Below, in pieces: positions 27,097 through 36,036 of a DNA stretch of 64,000 nucleotides. Below the pieces are notes generated by a model that saw nothing but the letters and a program-made list of their open reading frames with translations, did no database searches and was not told the DNA's origin. The stretch covers positions 68,519 to 132,518 of the forward strand of contig DHNW01000027.1 in assembly GCA_002407675.1 (NCBI GenBank), given 5' to 3'. Position numbers and translations under genes: made by a program. Numbering within the stretch: the stretch's first letter is position 1; each line of letters opens with the position of its first letter. This DNA is from Ruminococcaceae bacterium UBA5406. Lineage in GTDB: Bacteria; Bacillota; Clostridia; Oscillospirales; Acutalibacteraceae.

Positions 27097-27753
27097 ATGT
27101 TTGATCAGCTGAAAGCGGAGCTGGATTCCATCATGAAGCGGGATCCGGCGGCTCGATCCCGTTTGGAAGTCTACTTTCTGTATTCGGGATTCAAGGCGGT
27201 GCGCGCCTACCGCAGGGCGCACTGGTTTTACCTTCACAACCATAAATTTATTGCACGGTATATTTCCCAGCGCTCAAGGCATAAGACCGGGATTGAGATC
27301 CACCCCGGCGCCAAAATCGGCAGAGGGCTGTTTATTGACCACGGCATGGGCGTCGTGATCGGCGAAACGGCGGAAATCGGTGATAACTGCACGCTGTATC
27401 AGGGCGTTACCCTGGGCGGGACCGGCAAAGACCACGGCAAGCGGCACCCTACGCTGGGCAATAATGTGCTGGTGGGGGCCGGGGCAAAAATTCTCGGGCC
27501 GTTCCGTGTGGGAGACAACGCGCGCGTGGCCGCGGGCGCGGTTGTGCTGGATGAAGTTCCCGCGAATGCAACGGCGGTGGGCGTTCCGGCCCGCGTTGTG
27601 CGGCTCAACGGCATTCGTCCCGCCAATCTCGACCAGATCCATATCGGCGATCCTGTTTCCCAGCAGATATGCGGTCTGCGGTTTCAGATTGAATGTTTAA
27701 AGAAGAAGCTGGAAAAACTGGAAACAGAGCCGAAAACGGAGCAGTCAGAATAA
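27097..27753 (+). CDS. cysE: Serine O-acetyltransferase
   Basis: RDPAAR, TGIEIHPGA.IG..LFIDHG.GVVIGET, KRHPT; AGGAGG RBS before ATG 27097. Confidence 0.95.
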   Translation: MFDQLKAELDSIMKRDPAARSRLEVYFLYSGFKAVRAYRRAHWFYLHNHKFIARYISQRSRHKTGIEIHPGAKIGRGLFIDHGMGVVIGETAEIGDNCTLYQGVTLGGTGKDHGKRHPTLGNNVLVGAGAKILGPFRVGDNARVAAGAVVLDEVPANATAVGVPARVVRLNGIRPANLDQIHIGDPVSQQICGLRFQIECLKKKLEKLETEPKTEQSE

Positions 27754-27847
27754 TTGGAAAAAAGCGGACGGCGCCGGCGTGTGCCGCCGGAAAACCGCCC
27801 GTGGAATAAACAGGCCCGCCCTTACCGGGCGGCAGGAGGAATTCAAA

Positions 27848-29254
27848 ATGAAAATCTACAACACGCTGACGAGAAAAAAGGAAGAGTTTGTCCCCATTGT
27901 CCCCGGCGAAGCAAAAATTTATGCCTGCGGCCCAACGGTTTACAACTTCATTCATATCGGCAACGCGCGCCCGATCTGTGTTTTCGACGTCCTGCGCCGG
28001 TATCTGGAATACCGCGGCATGAAGGTCACTTTTGTGCAGAATTTCACCGATATTGACGACAAGATTATCCGCCGTGCCGCCGAAGAGGGCAGCGACTACC
28101 TCACGGTTTCCCGCCGGTATATCGAAGAATACAAAACCGACGCCGAGGGCCTGAATGTTATGCCCGCCACGGTCCATCCGCTTGCGACGGAAAATATCAG
28201 CGAAATCATCTCCATGGTTTCCGATTTGATTGCGAAGGGATATGCGTATCCGGCGGAAAACGGCGACGTTTATTTTCGGACGCTCAAAGATAAAGAGTAT
28301 GGGAAACTGTCCCATCAGCCGCTGGATGACCTGAAATCCGGCGCGCGCGTTGCCGTCGGCGAGCAGAAGGAAGATCCGCTGGATTTTGCCCTCTGGAAAG
28401 GCTCCAAGCCCGGCGAGCCGAGCTGGGCTTCACCGTGGGGCCCGGGCCGGCCCGGCTGGCACATTGAATGTTCCGCCATGGCGCGGCGCTACCTCGGCAA
28501 AACCATTGACATCCACTGCGGCGGGCAGGATCTGATTTTCCCCCACCATGAGAATGAGATTGCCCAGAGCGAATGCTGCAACGGCGTTCCGTTTGCGCAT
28601 TACTGGATGCACAACGGCTACATCAACGTGAATAACAAGAAAATGTCAAAGTCCCTCCACAACTTTTTCACGGTGCGTGACGTCGCGGAAAAATACGGGT
28701 ACGAGCCAATCCGTTTCCTGATGATTTCGGCGCATTACCGCACGCCGATCAACTACAGCGTGGACGTAATCGAGCAGTGCCGGTCGTCGCTGGAGCGGCT
28801 TTACAACTGCCGCGAAAATCTGGAATTCCTGCGCGGGCACGCCCCTTCCGGCGAGAAGCCGGGCGAGCGGGAGATCCGCCGCCGGCTGGAAGGGTATCAG
28901 GACAGGTTTATCGAGTTTATGGAGGACGACCTGAACACCGCAGACGCTCTCTCTGCTCTTTTCGACCTTGCCAGGGACATCAACCGCAACCTGACCGCTG
29001 CCGCGGCTCCTTCCAAAGAGCTCTGCACGTTTGCGCTGGATCTCTTTAACGAGCTGGCGGGCGTACTGGGTCTGCTGTACGGCAAAAGCCGGGATTCTGC
29101 CGACGAGGAGATCGAGCGGCTGATTTCGGAGCGTGCCAAAGCGCGCAAAGAAAAGAATTGGGCGGAAGCCGACCGCATCCGCGACGAACTGAAAGCCCGC
29201 CATGTTGTGGTGGAAGATACGCCGCAGGGCGCAAAGTGGAAAATCGTCGAATAA
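27848..29254 (+). CDS. cysS: Cysteine--tRNA ligase
   Basis: CGPTVY..IHIGN, GRPGWHIECS, FPHHENE.AQ, KMSKS. Confidence 0.98.
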   Translation: MKIYNTLTRKKEEFVPIVPGEAKIYACGPTVYNFIHIGNARPICVFDVLRRYLEYRGMKVTFVQNFTDIDDKIIRRAAEEGSDYLTVSRRYIEEYKTDAEGLNVMPATVHPLATENISEIISMVSDLIAKGYAYPAENGDVYFRTLKDKEYGKLSHQPLDDLKSGARVAVGEQKEDPLDFALWKGSKPGEPSWASPWGPGRPGWHIECSAMARRYLGKTIDIHCGGQDLIFPHHENEIAQSECCNGVPFAHYWMHNGYINVNNKKMSKSLHNFFTVRDVAEKYGYEPIRFLMISAHYRTPINYSVDVIEQCRSSLERLYNCRENLEFLRGHAPSGEKPGEREIRRRLEGYQDRFIEFMEDDLNTADALSALFDLARDINRNLTAAAAPSKELCTFALDLFNELAGVLGLLYGKSRDSADEEIERLISERAKARKEKNWAEADRIRDELKARHVVVEDTPQGAKWKIVE

Positions 29255-29267
29255 ATTCCATAACAGA

Positions 29268-29304
29268 AAACACCCCCGAGGCATAAACTGCCTTGGGGGT
29301 GTTT
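29268..29304. terminator. Strong hairpin between cysS and the NRAMP-like gene
   Basis: AAACACCCCCGAGGCA-TAAAC-TGCCTTGGGGGTGTTT. Confidence 0.65.
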
Positions 29305-29306
29305 CC

Positions 29307-30536
29307 ATGCGCGAACGAATCCGCCGTCCTTTTTGCTTTTTTCTGTTTTTAGGGCCGGGCATGGTTGCCGCTATGGCGGATAACGACGCGGGCGGGCTCC
29401 TTTCCTATACCGTGACGGGGGCAAAGTTCGGCTGGGCGGTCTTTGTGCCGCTCACGCTCTGCCTGACTGCCGTGACCTATACCGTGCAGGAAATGGCCAT
29501 GCGGCTCGGCGTGGCGTCGGGGCAGGGATTTACGCACCTGCTGCGCGAACGGTACGGTTTCGGCTGGATGGCGTTTCAGGTCGGCGCGCTGTTTGTGGAA
29601 AACCAGCTGACCCTGCTGACTGAATTTGTAGGTATGTCCGCCGGGCTTGAAATTCTGGGCATCCCTCTGCTTCCGTCGGTTCTGATCAGCACGGGCCTTG
29701 TGCTCTCTATTGCCATGCTCAGCGGCTACCGGGCCAAAGAGCGTTTCGGGCTTGTAATCGGTCTGTTCAACCTGGTGTTTCTGTTTTTTGCCCTGACCGT
29801 CCGTCCGTCCGTCGGTGTGCGGGAAAGTGCCGCGCTTTGCACGGGCAGACCTTTCCGGTACTATGCTGCCGCCCTTATTGGCAACGCGATCGCGCCGTGG
29901 ATGATTTTTTACCAGAATTCCGCTTATGTGGATAAAGGGCTGAAAAAGCAGCATATCCGCGCCGGGCGCGCCGATACGCTAGCCGGCTGTATCTGCCAGG
30001 TGGCCGTTGCGTCCGCGCTGATCTTTTTGGGATCATCCATCTGCGGCGTGGTCCCGGATGTGGAAAATGCCGGGGCCCCCGCGCTCGCCGCCGCCCTCAG
30101 CACACGGTGCGGCCCGGCGGCGGGCGTGCTTTTCGCGCTGGGCCTGTTTGATTCCGGCCTTCTGGCCGCAGTGACGGTGTCGCTTTCTTCTTCGTGGAGC
30201 GTGGCGGAATCATTCGGCTGGTCCAAAAGCTTGAACGACAGCGTGCGCGAAGCGCCGGGGTTTTATGCCGTTTATGCGTTCAGCGTACTGCTGGCGGCGG
30301 GTCTGTCCCTGCTGCCGAATCTCCGCCTGAACGGGATTGCGGTTTTTGTGCAGGTGGCGGGCGGGGTATTAATGGCGCCGATTCTGCTGTTCCTTACGCT
30401 TCTGACCTCCAGCCCGGACGTCATGGGTGAGTATGCCAGCAGGCGCGGGCAGAAGGTGCGCGCATGGATCAGTGTCGGGATTCTGCTGGCCGTCGCTGCC
30501 GTCACCATTGTGCAGGCCGTGTGGCAGCCGGGGTGA
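29307..30536 (+). CDS. NRAMP/SLC11-family divalent metal transporter (DNDAGG type)
   Basis: GPG......DNDAGG..SY...GA.FG, QEMA.RLG, EF.G, IAPWM.FYQ. Confidence 0.85.
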   Translation: MRERIRRPFCFFLFLGPGMVAAMADNDAGGLLSYTVTGAKFGWAVFVPLTLCLTAVTYTVQEMAMRLGVASGQGFTHLLRERYGFGWMAFQVGALFVENQLTLLTEFVGMSAGLEILGIPLLPSVLISTGLVLSIAMLSGYRAKERFGLVIGLFNLVFLFFALTVRPSVGVRESAALCTGRPFRYYAAALIGNAIAPWMIFYQNSAYVDKGLKKQHIRAGRADTLAGCICQVAVASALIFLGSSICGVVPDVENAGAPALAAALSTRCGPAAGVLFALGLFDSGLLAAVTVSLSSSWSVAESFGWSKSLNDSVREAPGFYAVYAFSVLLAAGLSLLPNLRLNGIAVFVQVAGGVLMAPILLFLTLLTSSPDVMGEYASRRGQKVRAWISVGILLAVAAVTIVQAVWQPG

Positions 30537-30589
30537 AAAACATTCTGCGCTGTGATATAATGGGAGCCAAAAGCGGGGCGAATCGGAAG

Positions 30590-31081
30590 ATGTCAAAAAA
30601 GGAAATTAAAACGAACGTTATGCGGATTCTGGATCAGGCAAAGATTCCGTATCGGGCGTGGTATTATGAAAATAAGGACGGAAAAATCGACGGGCTTTCC
30701 GTTGCGCGGAAAATGGGCCAAAACCCGGATCAAGTGTTTAAAACCCTCGTCACGCGGGGAGCGGATGAAAATTACTACGTTTTTGTCGTGCCCGTTGCCC
30801 TGGAGCTGAACCTGAAAGCCGCTGCCAAAAGCGTGGGAGTCAAATCGGTTGGCATGATCCACGTCAGTGAGATCAACCGGATAACGGGGTATATCCGCGG
30901 CGGGTGTTCGCCTGTGGGGATGAAAAAGCAGTTCCGCACGGTCATCGACCGGCGATGCGAAGCGCAGCCGGCTATTTTTGTCAGCGGCGGAAGGATCGGG
31001 ACGCAGATTGAAGTTGCGCCGCATGCCCTTCTGGATCTGATCGGCGGCACCACGGCCGATATTGCGGAGCCCCAAAACTGA
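30590..31081 (+). CDS. ybaK: Cys-tRNA(Pro) deacylase
   Basis: KTN.MR.LD, VFKTLV, TGYIRGGCSP.GMKK, VSGG..G.Q.E. Confidence 0.92.
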   Translation: MSKKEIKTNVMRILDQAKIPYRAWYYENKDGKIDGLSVARKMGQNPDQVFKTLVTRGADENYYVFVVPVALELNLKAAAKSVGVKSVGMIHVSEINRITGYIRGGCSPVGMKKQFRTVIDRRCEAQPAIFVSGGRIGTQIEVAPHALLDLIGGTTADIAEPQN

Positions 31082-31099
31082 CGGGCGGGAACCCGAAGG

Positions 31100-32806
31100 T
31101 CACGCCGCGTCCGTTTTTTTGGCGGGCTTTTCCACCAGCTTGTGGAAGCAGTGGAACGCCACCATTACGGCGAGGAACATCAGCAGCACGGCGACGATCA
31201 GCTGCAGGCCGTCCGTGAGGAACACAAAGCTGCCTGCACCCATTTTCACGAAGATGTTGATGACGGCCATCACCAGCGCCGTCATGGTAACGGCGAGCAT
31301 CACGGTCATAGGAATGTACAGCATCCAGCCCGCGCGCCCGGTCGTTTTCAGGAAGACCGCCAGCGCGATCAGGACCAGCGCTGCCAAAAGCTGGTTGGCG
31401 GAGCCGAACAGCGACCAGATGTTGTTGTATCCGCCGAGCGAAAGAAGAAACCCAAAGAACAGCGTCACCACGGTGGCAGCGTATTTGTTCGTCAAGAATT
31501 TTGTAACGGGCGTGTGCGCTTTTCCGTCTTCGGCGTACAGCAGCTCCTGCATGGACATGCGGCCGATGCGCGCGACGGAATCGAGGGTCGTCAGGCACAG
31601 GGCAGAAACGCACATGGTCATGCTGCACCGGGCAACATAGGGAGAAAACCCGAATTTTTCAAAGAATCCGGCTACGCCTGCCGAGAAGATCTGGAAAGGC
31701 GTGCCGTTCGGCAGTTTCCCGTTTTTGGCTGCGGCCCCCGCTACCACCAGCGCGCATACGGCCAGCAGGGATTCGAGGATCATGGCTCCGTACCCAATGC
31801 CGAGCATATCCTTTTCGTTGCGCACCTGTTTGGAAGAAGTCCCCGAAGAAACCAGGCTGTGGAATCCGGAAACAGCCCCGCAGGCAATGGTGACGAACAG
31901 CGTCGGGAACAGCATCTTTCCGTTTACGTTAAAAGATGTAAACGCCGGAAAATTCATCGTCGGCCCCGTGACGAAAATGCCGACCACCGCGCCTAGAATC
32001 ATAAAGATCAGCAAAAACGAGCTCAGGTAGTCGCGCGGCTGCATCAGAATCCACATGGGCACCACCGCCGCAAAGAAGATATAGGCGAACACAACGAGCA
32101 GCCACTGCATTTTGTTGAGGTAGACCGGCAGCGCCATCCCTGCCGCCATCATGGCGACAAACAGGCCGATCCCGGTCAGAAACATGACAAGCTGGTTTGG
32201 CTTTACGTATTTCAGGAACAGGCCGAAAAGCACCGCGCCGAGGATGTAAAACAGCGAGATTGAACCCGCCGCAGCGTTGGGGGCCATAGTCGATCCGTAG
32301 GTCACAGGGGCGTTCAGGGCATAGGTTTTCACCGCCGAAGCGCTGAACGTGGAAGCTACAATATCGCCGAATGCCGCAATGACCAGCAGGGAAAACACCC
32401 AGCAGAAAACCAGGAACAGCCGCTTGCCCGTTTTTCCGATGTACTGTTCAATAATCAGGCCGATGGATTTCCCTTCGTTTTTAACAGATGCATACAGGGC
32501 TCCAAAATCCTGCACGGCGCCGAAAAACACTCCGCCTACCAGAATCCACAGCAGGGCCGGCAGCCACCCGAACATGGCCGCAATGATGGGACCCGTCACA
32601 GGGCCTGCGCCCGTAATGGTGGAAAACTGGTGCGCAAACACGATCGCCTTCGGCGCGGGCACATAATCCTGCCCGTCTTCGTGGGTATACGCGGGCGTTT
32701 TCGCCTTGGGGTCAATCCCCCACTTTTTTACCAGCCACCGGCCGTAAAAAAGATAGCCGCCGCCCAAAACGGCAATAGAAAGCAAAACGATTGCCAAACC
32801 GCTCAT
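31100..32806 (-). CDS. cstA: Carbon starvation protein A family transporter
   Basis: TPA...DG.DYVP, HQFS.I.GAGPV.GPI, QPRDYL, IACGA.SGFHSL, GYGAM..E, W.LFGSANQL; start at ATG 32806. Confidence 0.93.
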   Translation of the reverse strand: MSGLAIVLLSIAVLGGGYLFYGRWLVKKWGIDPKAKTPAYTHEDGQDYVPAPKAIVFAHQFSTITGAGPVTGPIIAAMFGWLPALLWILVGGVFFGAVQDFGALYASVKNEGKSIGLIIEQYIGKTGKRLFLVFCWVFSLLVIAAFGDIVASTFSASAVKTYALNAPVTYGSTMAPNAAAGSISLFYILGAVLFGLFLKYVKPNQLVMFLTGIGLFVAMMAAGMALPVYLNKMQWLLVVFAYIFFAAVVPMWILMQPRDYLSSFLLIFMILGAVVGIFVTGPTMNFPAFTSFNVNGKMLFPTLFVTIACGAVSGFHSLVSSGTSSKQVRNEKDMLGIGYGAMILESLLAVCALVVAGAAAKNGKLPNGTPFQIFSAGVAGFFEKFGFSPYVARCSMTMCVSALCLTTLDSVARIGRMSMQELLYAEDGKAHTPVTKFLTNKYAATVVTLFFGFLLSLGGYNNIWSLFGSANQLLAALVLIALAVFLKTTGRAGWMLYIPMTVMLAVTMTALVMAVINIFVKMGAGSFVFLTDGLQLIVAVLLMFLAVMVAFHCFHKLVEKPAKKTDAA

Positions 32807-32874
32807 AGCGTTTCTTCCTTCCTCATAAACCAAAAACCGGTTCTTTAATTCCGGAATACCGCAGAAACTGGGAT

Positions 32875-33155
32875 AAAAAAAGCCTTCGTCTCTGAGAAAT
32901 CAGAGACGAAGGCTGAAACCTCCGCGTTACCACTCTGCTTGCCGTTTTTCTGCGGCCTGCTCTGCCGCATCGGGCGGGCCCACCCAATGCGCCCGTTTTT
33001 AACGGTACGGAACCGTCCGCGCTTACTCGTTTCAATAAAAACTTTTTGCCCGGATGCTCGCGGGTGATTTTCTGCCGGATTTTCCCGCCGCCTTTCACCG
33101 CCCGGCGGCTCTCTGCAGGGATTAAAATCCGGGGCTGTTTCCCGGTCATTGCATT
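32875..33155 (-). ncRNA. T-box riboswitch, Ile specifier, upstream of cstA
   Basis: Minus strand: AGAGAG...GGTGAA stem I; specifier ATC (plus 33066-33068); T-box AGAGTGGTAACGCGG (32922-32936); 15-bp terminator plus U-run; promoter TTGACA(33204)-17nt-TAAGAT. Confidence 0.9.
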
Positions 33156-33349
33156 TGCGGTATTCTTTGCCCATCATCTTAACAGCCTCTGCTGGGTTTG
33201 TCAATCATTTTCCTGTAAATTGTTGGAATAATCGCTTTTTTATGAATTAAACATAAAAAATTATTCATTTTTAACAAAGCTAAAAAAATTTGCGAAAAAT
33301 GCTTGACAGAATCAGAAATCCGGAATATGCTGAATAGCAACATACTGAA

Positions 33350-33619
33350 ATGCGCCGAAAGGGAAGGAACGCGGTCCTTTTCCGCAGTCAGAGAACCGCC
33401 GGCTGGTGTGAGGCGGTGCGGATTCCGCGGGAGATCACCCTGGAGCAGGAGGCTGAAAACACGGCTTTGTCCGCGAAACTAAGTTTTCCCGGCTTTTCCG
33501 CCGTTACAGGGAAGCGCATTGCTGGATGCGCACAGAGATGCCGCTCTGCTGCGGCGAATTAGAGTGGTACCGCGGAAGAAATATTCCGCCTCTATCGAAG
33601 GATAGGGGCGGATTTTTTT
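33350..33619 (+). ncRNA. T-box riboswitch, Ile specifier, upstream of ilvB
   Basis: AGAGA...GGTGTGA stem I; specifier ATC 33434-33436; T-box AGAGTGGTACCGCGG 33561-33575; terminator 33585-33619; promoter TTGACA(33303)-17nt-TATGCT. Confidence 0.92.
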
Positions 33620-33660
33620 ATCCCCTCAGCCGGGGAAACATCCAAGAAGGAGGAGTCGGA

Positions 33661-35358
33661 ATGCTTTTGACCGGAGCACAGATTGTTATGGAGTGTCTGC
33701 TGGAGCAGGGGGTGGATACGGTTTTCGGGTATCCGGGCGGCGCCGTGCTGAACCTGTACGACGCGCTGTACGAGTACCGTGACCGTATCCGCCACATCCG
33801 CACCTGCCACGAGCAGGCGGCGGCGCATGCGGCCGATGGGTATGCCCGGGCCTCGGGAAAGATAGGGGTCTGCATTGCCACGTCCGGCCCGGGCGCGACC
33901 AACCTGGTTACCGGTATCGCCACCGCCTACATGGATTCGGTCCCCGTGGTGGCCATCACCGGGAACGTCGCCCGCGGGCTTTTGGGGCTGGACAGCTTTC
34001 AGGAGGTGGATATCACTGGGATCACCATGCCGGTTACCAAGCACAATTACCTTGTCCGGGATGTGGAAGATCTGGCGGATACCCTGCGCAGCGCGTTCCG
34101 GATCGCCGGTTCCTGGCGCAAAGGGCCGGTGCTGGTGGATATCCCCAAAGACGTAACGGCGCAGAAAACGGAATTTACCCCTTGCCGCCCGGTTCCGCCC
34201 GAAGAGCCGCCTCTTCCGGATGAAGAGTGCTTTTTGCGGGCTGCCGCCCTGCTTCAGAAAAGTGAAAGGCCATTTTTTTACTGCGGCGGCGGAGTCGTTT
34301 CCTCCGGTGCTTCCAACGAAGCCCGGCGCTTTGCCGAAAAAATTGACGCGCCCGTTGCCTGTTCGCTCATGTGCCAGGGCGGGTACGACCAGCGGGATGA
34401 ACGCTATATGGGGATGCTGGGCATGCACGGCACAAAGGTGTCCGCAGAGGCCATTCGGAACTGCGACCTGTTTGTGGCGGCGGGCACGCGTTTTTCAGAC
34501 CGGGTCCTGTGCAGTGCGGGCTCGTTTGCGGAGGGCCGCCCCATCCTTCAGATCGACATTGACGCGGCGGAGTTCGGCAAGAACCTTCCGGTGTCTCTCA
34601 GCCTGAAAGGCGATGTCAAAGCCGTTCTTGCCAAACTGGCCGGGATGCTGCCGCAGCAGAAACACACGGTCTGGATGGCTCAGGTGCGCGGCTGGAAGCG
34701 CCGGTATCCGCTGCGCCAGACGGGCGCGCCGGGCGAAGTCCTCCCGCAGGACGTGCTGGAAACACTGTGCCGCCTGACAGAGGGCGAAGCCGTCCTGACG
34801 ACGGAAGTCGGCCAGCATCAGATGTGGGCGGCGCAGTATTACACATTTCGGCGGCCCCGGCAGTTCCTTACGTCCGGCGGCCTCGGCACCATGGGGTATG
34901 GCCTCGGCGCGGCAATCGGCGCGCAGCTTGCCCGCCCCGGTTCGCGCGTCGTCAATATCGCGGGAGACGGCAGCTTCCACATGAACTGCGCCGAGCTTTC
35001 CACGCTGGCGCGCTGCCGCCTTCCGGTGGTGGAACTGATTTTCGACAATTCCGTGCTGGGGATGGTCCGCCAGTGGCAGAAGCTGTTTTACGGCGGGCGC
35101 TTTTCCCAGACGGATCTGGGCGGCGGCACGGATTACGCTCTGCTTGCAAACGCATTTGGCGTAAAGGCGCTGAAGATCGAAACGAAGGATGAGATTGAGC
35201 CGGTCCTCCGGCAGGCGCTCGCGCTCCGAGAACCGGTTTTGATTGACTGCGTCATCAGCAGGGATCAGAACGTTCTTCCCATGGTTCCGGCAGGCGGCTC
35301 TGTCGAAGATCCTATGCTGACAATGCCCTCAAATCTTTCAAAGGAGGAATCGCATTGA
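33661..35358 (+). CDS. ilvB: Acetolactate synthase large subunit
   Basis: FGYPGG, HEQ.A.H.ADGYAR, TSGPGATN, TSGGLGTMG, GDGSF.MN, LGMVRQWQ; start ATG 33661. Confidence 0.96.
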   Translation: MLLTGAQIVMECLLEQGVDTVFGYPGGAVLNLYDALYEYRDRIRHIRTCHEQAAAHAADGYARASGKIGVCIATSGPGATNLVTGIATAYMDSVPVVAITGNVARGLLGLDSFQEVDITGITMPVTKHNYLVRDVEDLADTLRSAFRIAGSWRKGPVLVDIPKDVTAQKTEFTPCRPVPPEEPPLPDEECFLRAAALLQKSERPFFYCGGGVVSSGASNEARRFAEKIDAPVACSLMCQGGYDQRDERYMGMLGMHGTKVSAEAIRNCDLFVAAGTRFSDRVLCSAGSFAEGRPILQIDIDAAEFGKNLPVSLSLKGDVKAVLAKLAGMLPQQKHTVWMAQVRGWKRRYPLRQTGAPGEVLPQDVLETLCRLTEGEAVLTTEVGQHQMWAAQYYTFRRPRQFLTSGGLGTMGYGLGAAIGAQLARPGSRVVNIAGDGSFHMNCAELSTLARCRLPVVELIFDNSVLGMVRQWQKLFYGGRFSQTDLGGGTDYALLANAFGVKALKIETKDEIEPVLRQALALREPVLIDCVISRDQNVLPMVPAGGSVEDPMLTMPSNLSKEESH

Positions 35359-35855
35359 AAGGCTCGGGTGAAAGGGAATATATTCTCTCCGTTCTGGCGC
35401 GCAATAATCCGGGCGTGCTGCTCCGCATAGCGGGGCTGTTCAGCCGCCGCTGCTATAATATCCTCAGCATTGTCGCGTCCCAGACCGAAAATACGGAGTA
35501 TTCGCGGATTCTGATTGTCGTTTCCGGCGACGACCGCATTGTCAATCAGGTTGACAAACAGCTCTGCAAGCTGGTGGATATTGAGGAGGTAAACGTCCTG
35601 GACCGCAATAAAGCCGTCGTGCGCGAGCATCTTCTGCTGAAGGTGGAGCGCACGCTTCAAAACAGCGAAAAGCTGGTTCAGATTGCCGGTGTTTTTCACG
35701 CCAATATTCTCAGCGTTACGCCGGATTCCATGATCGTGGAACTTACCGGCGACGCGGGGACCATCAATTCGTTTATCGAGCTTTATACCCCGTACCACGT
35801 CCTGAAAATCCTCCGCACCGGCTCCATGGCCATGTCGATCGGCAAAAATTTTTAA
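35355..35855 (+). CDS. ilvN: Acetolactate synthase small subunit
   Basis: ACT domain N.PGVL.RI.GLFSRR.YNI, KQL.KLVD, RE.LL.KV. Confidence 0.93.
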   Translation: MKGSGEREYILSVLARNNPGVLLRIAGLFSRRCYNILSIVASQTENTEYSRILIVVSGDDRIVNQVDKQLCKLVDIEEVNVLDRNKAVVREHLLLKVERTLQNSEKLVQIAGVFHANILSVTPDSMIVELTGDAGTINSFIELYTPYHVLKILRTGSMAMSIGKNF

Positions 35856-36036
35856 AAGTTGCCTTCCAAAGAGCAACTTTTCCCTGTTTTTACGGGTAGG
35901 GTGAAAGGGACATTACACGGAATACGCCGGGAACATTCCCGTTTCCGGCGGGAACATCTTCCTTTCCGTCCCGCACATAAAGGCAATCTATTCCCACCGG
36001 GTGAAAGGGTGGGCCGAAGAAAAAGGAGAATCGGTT

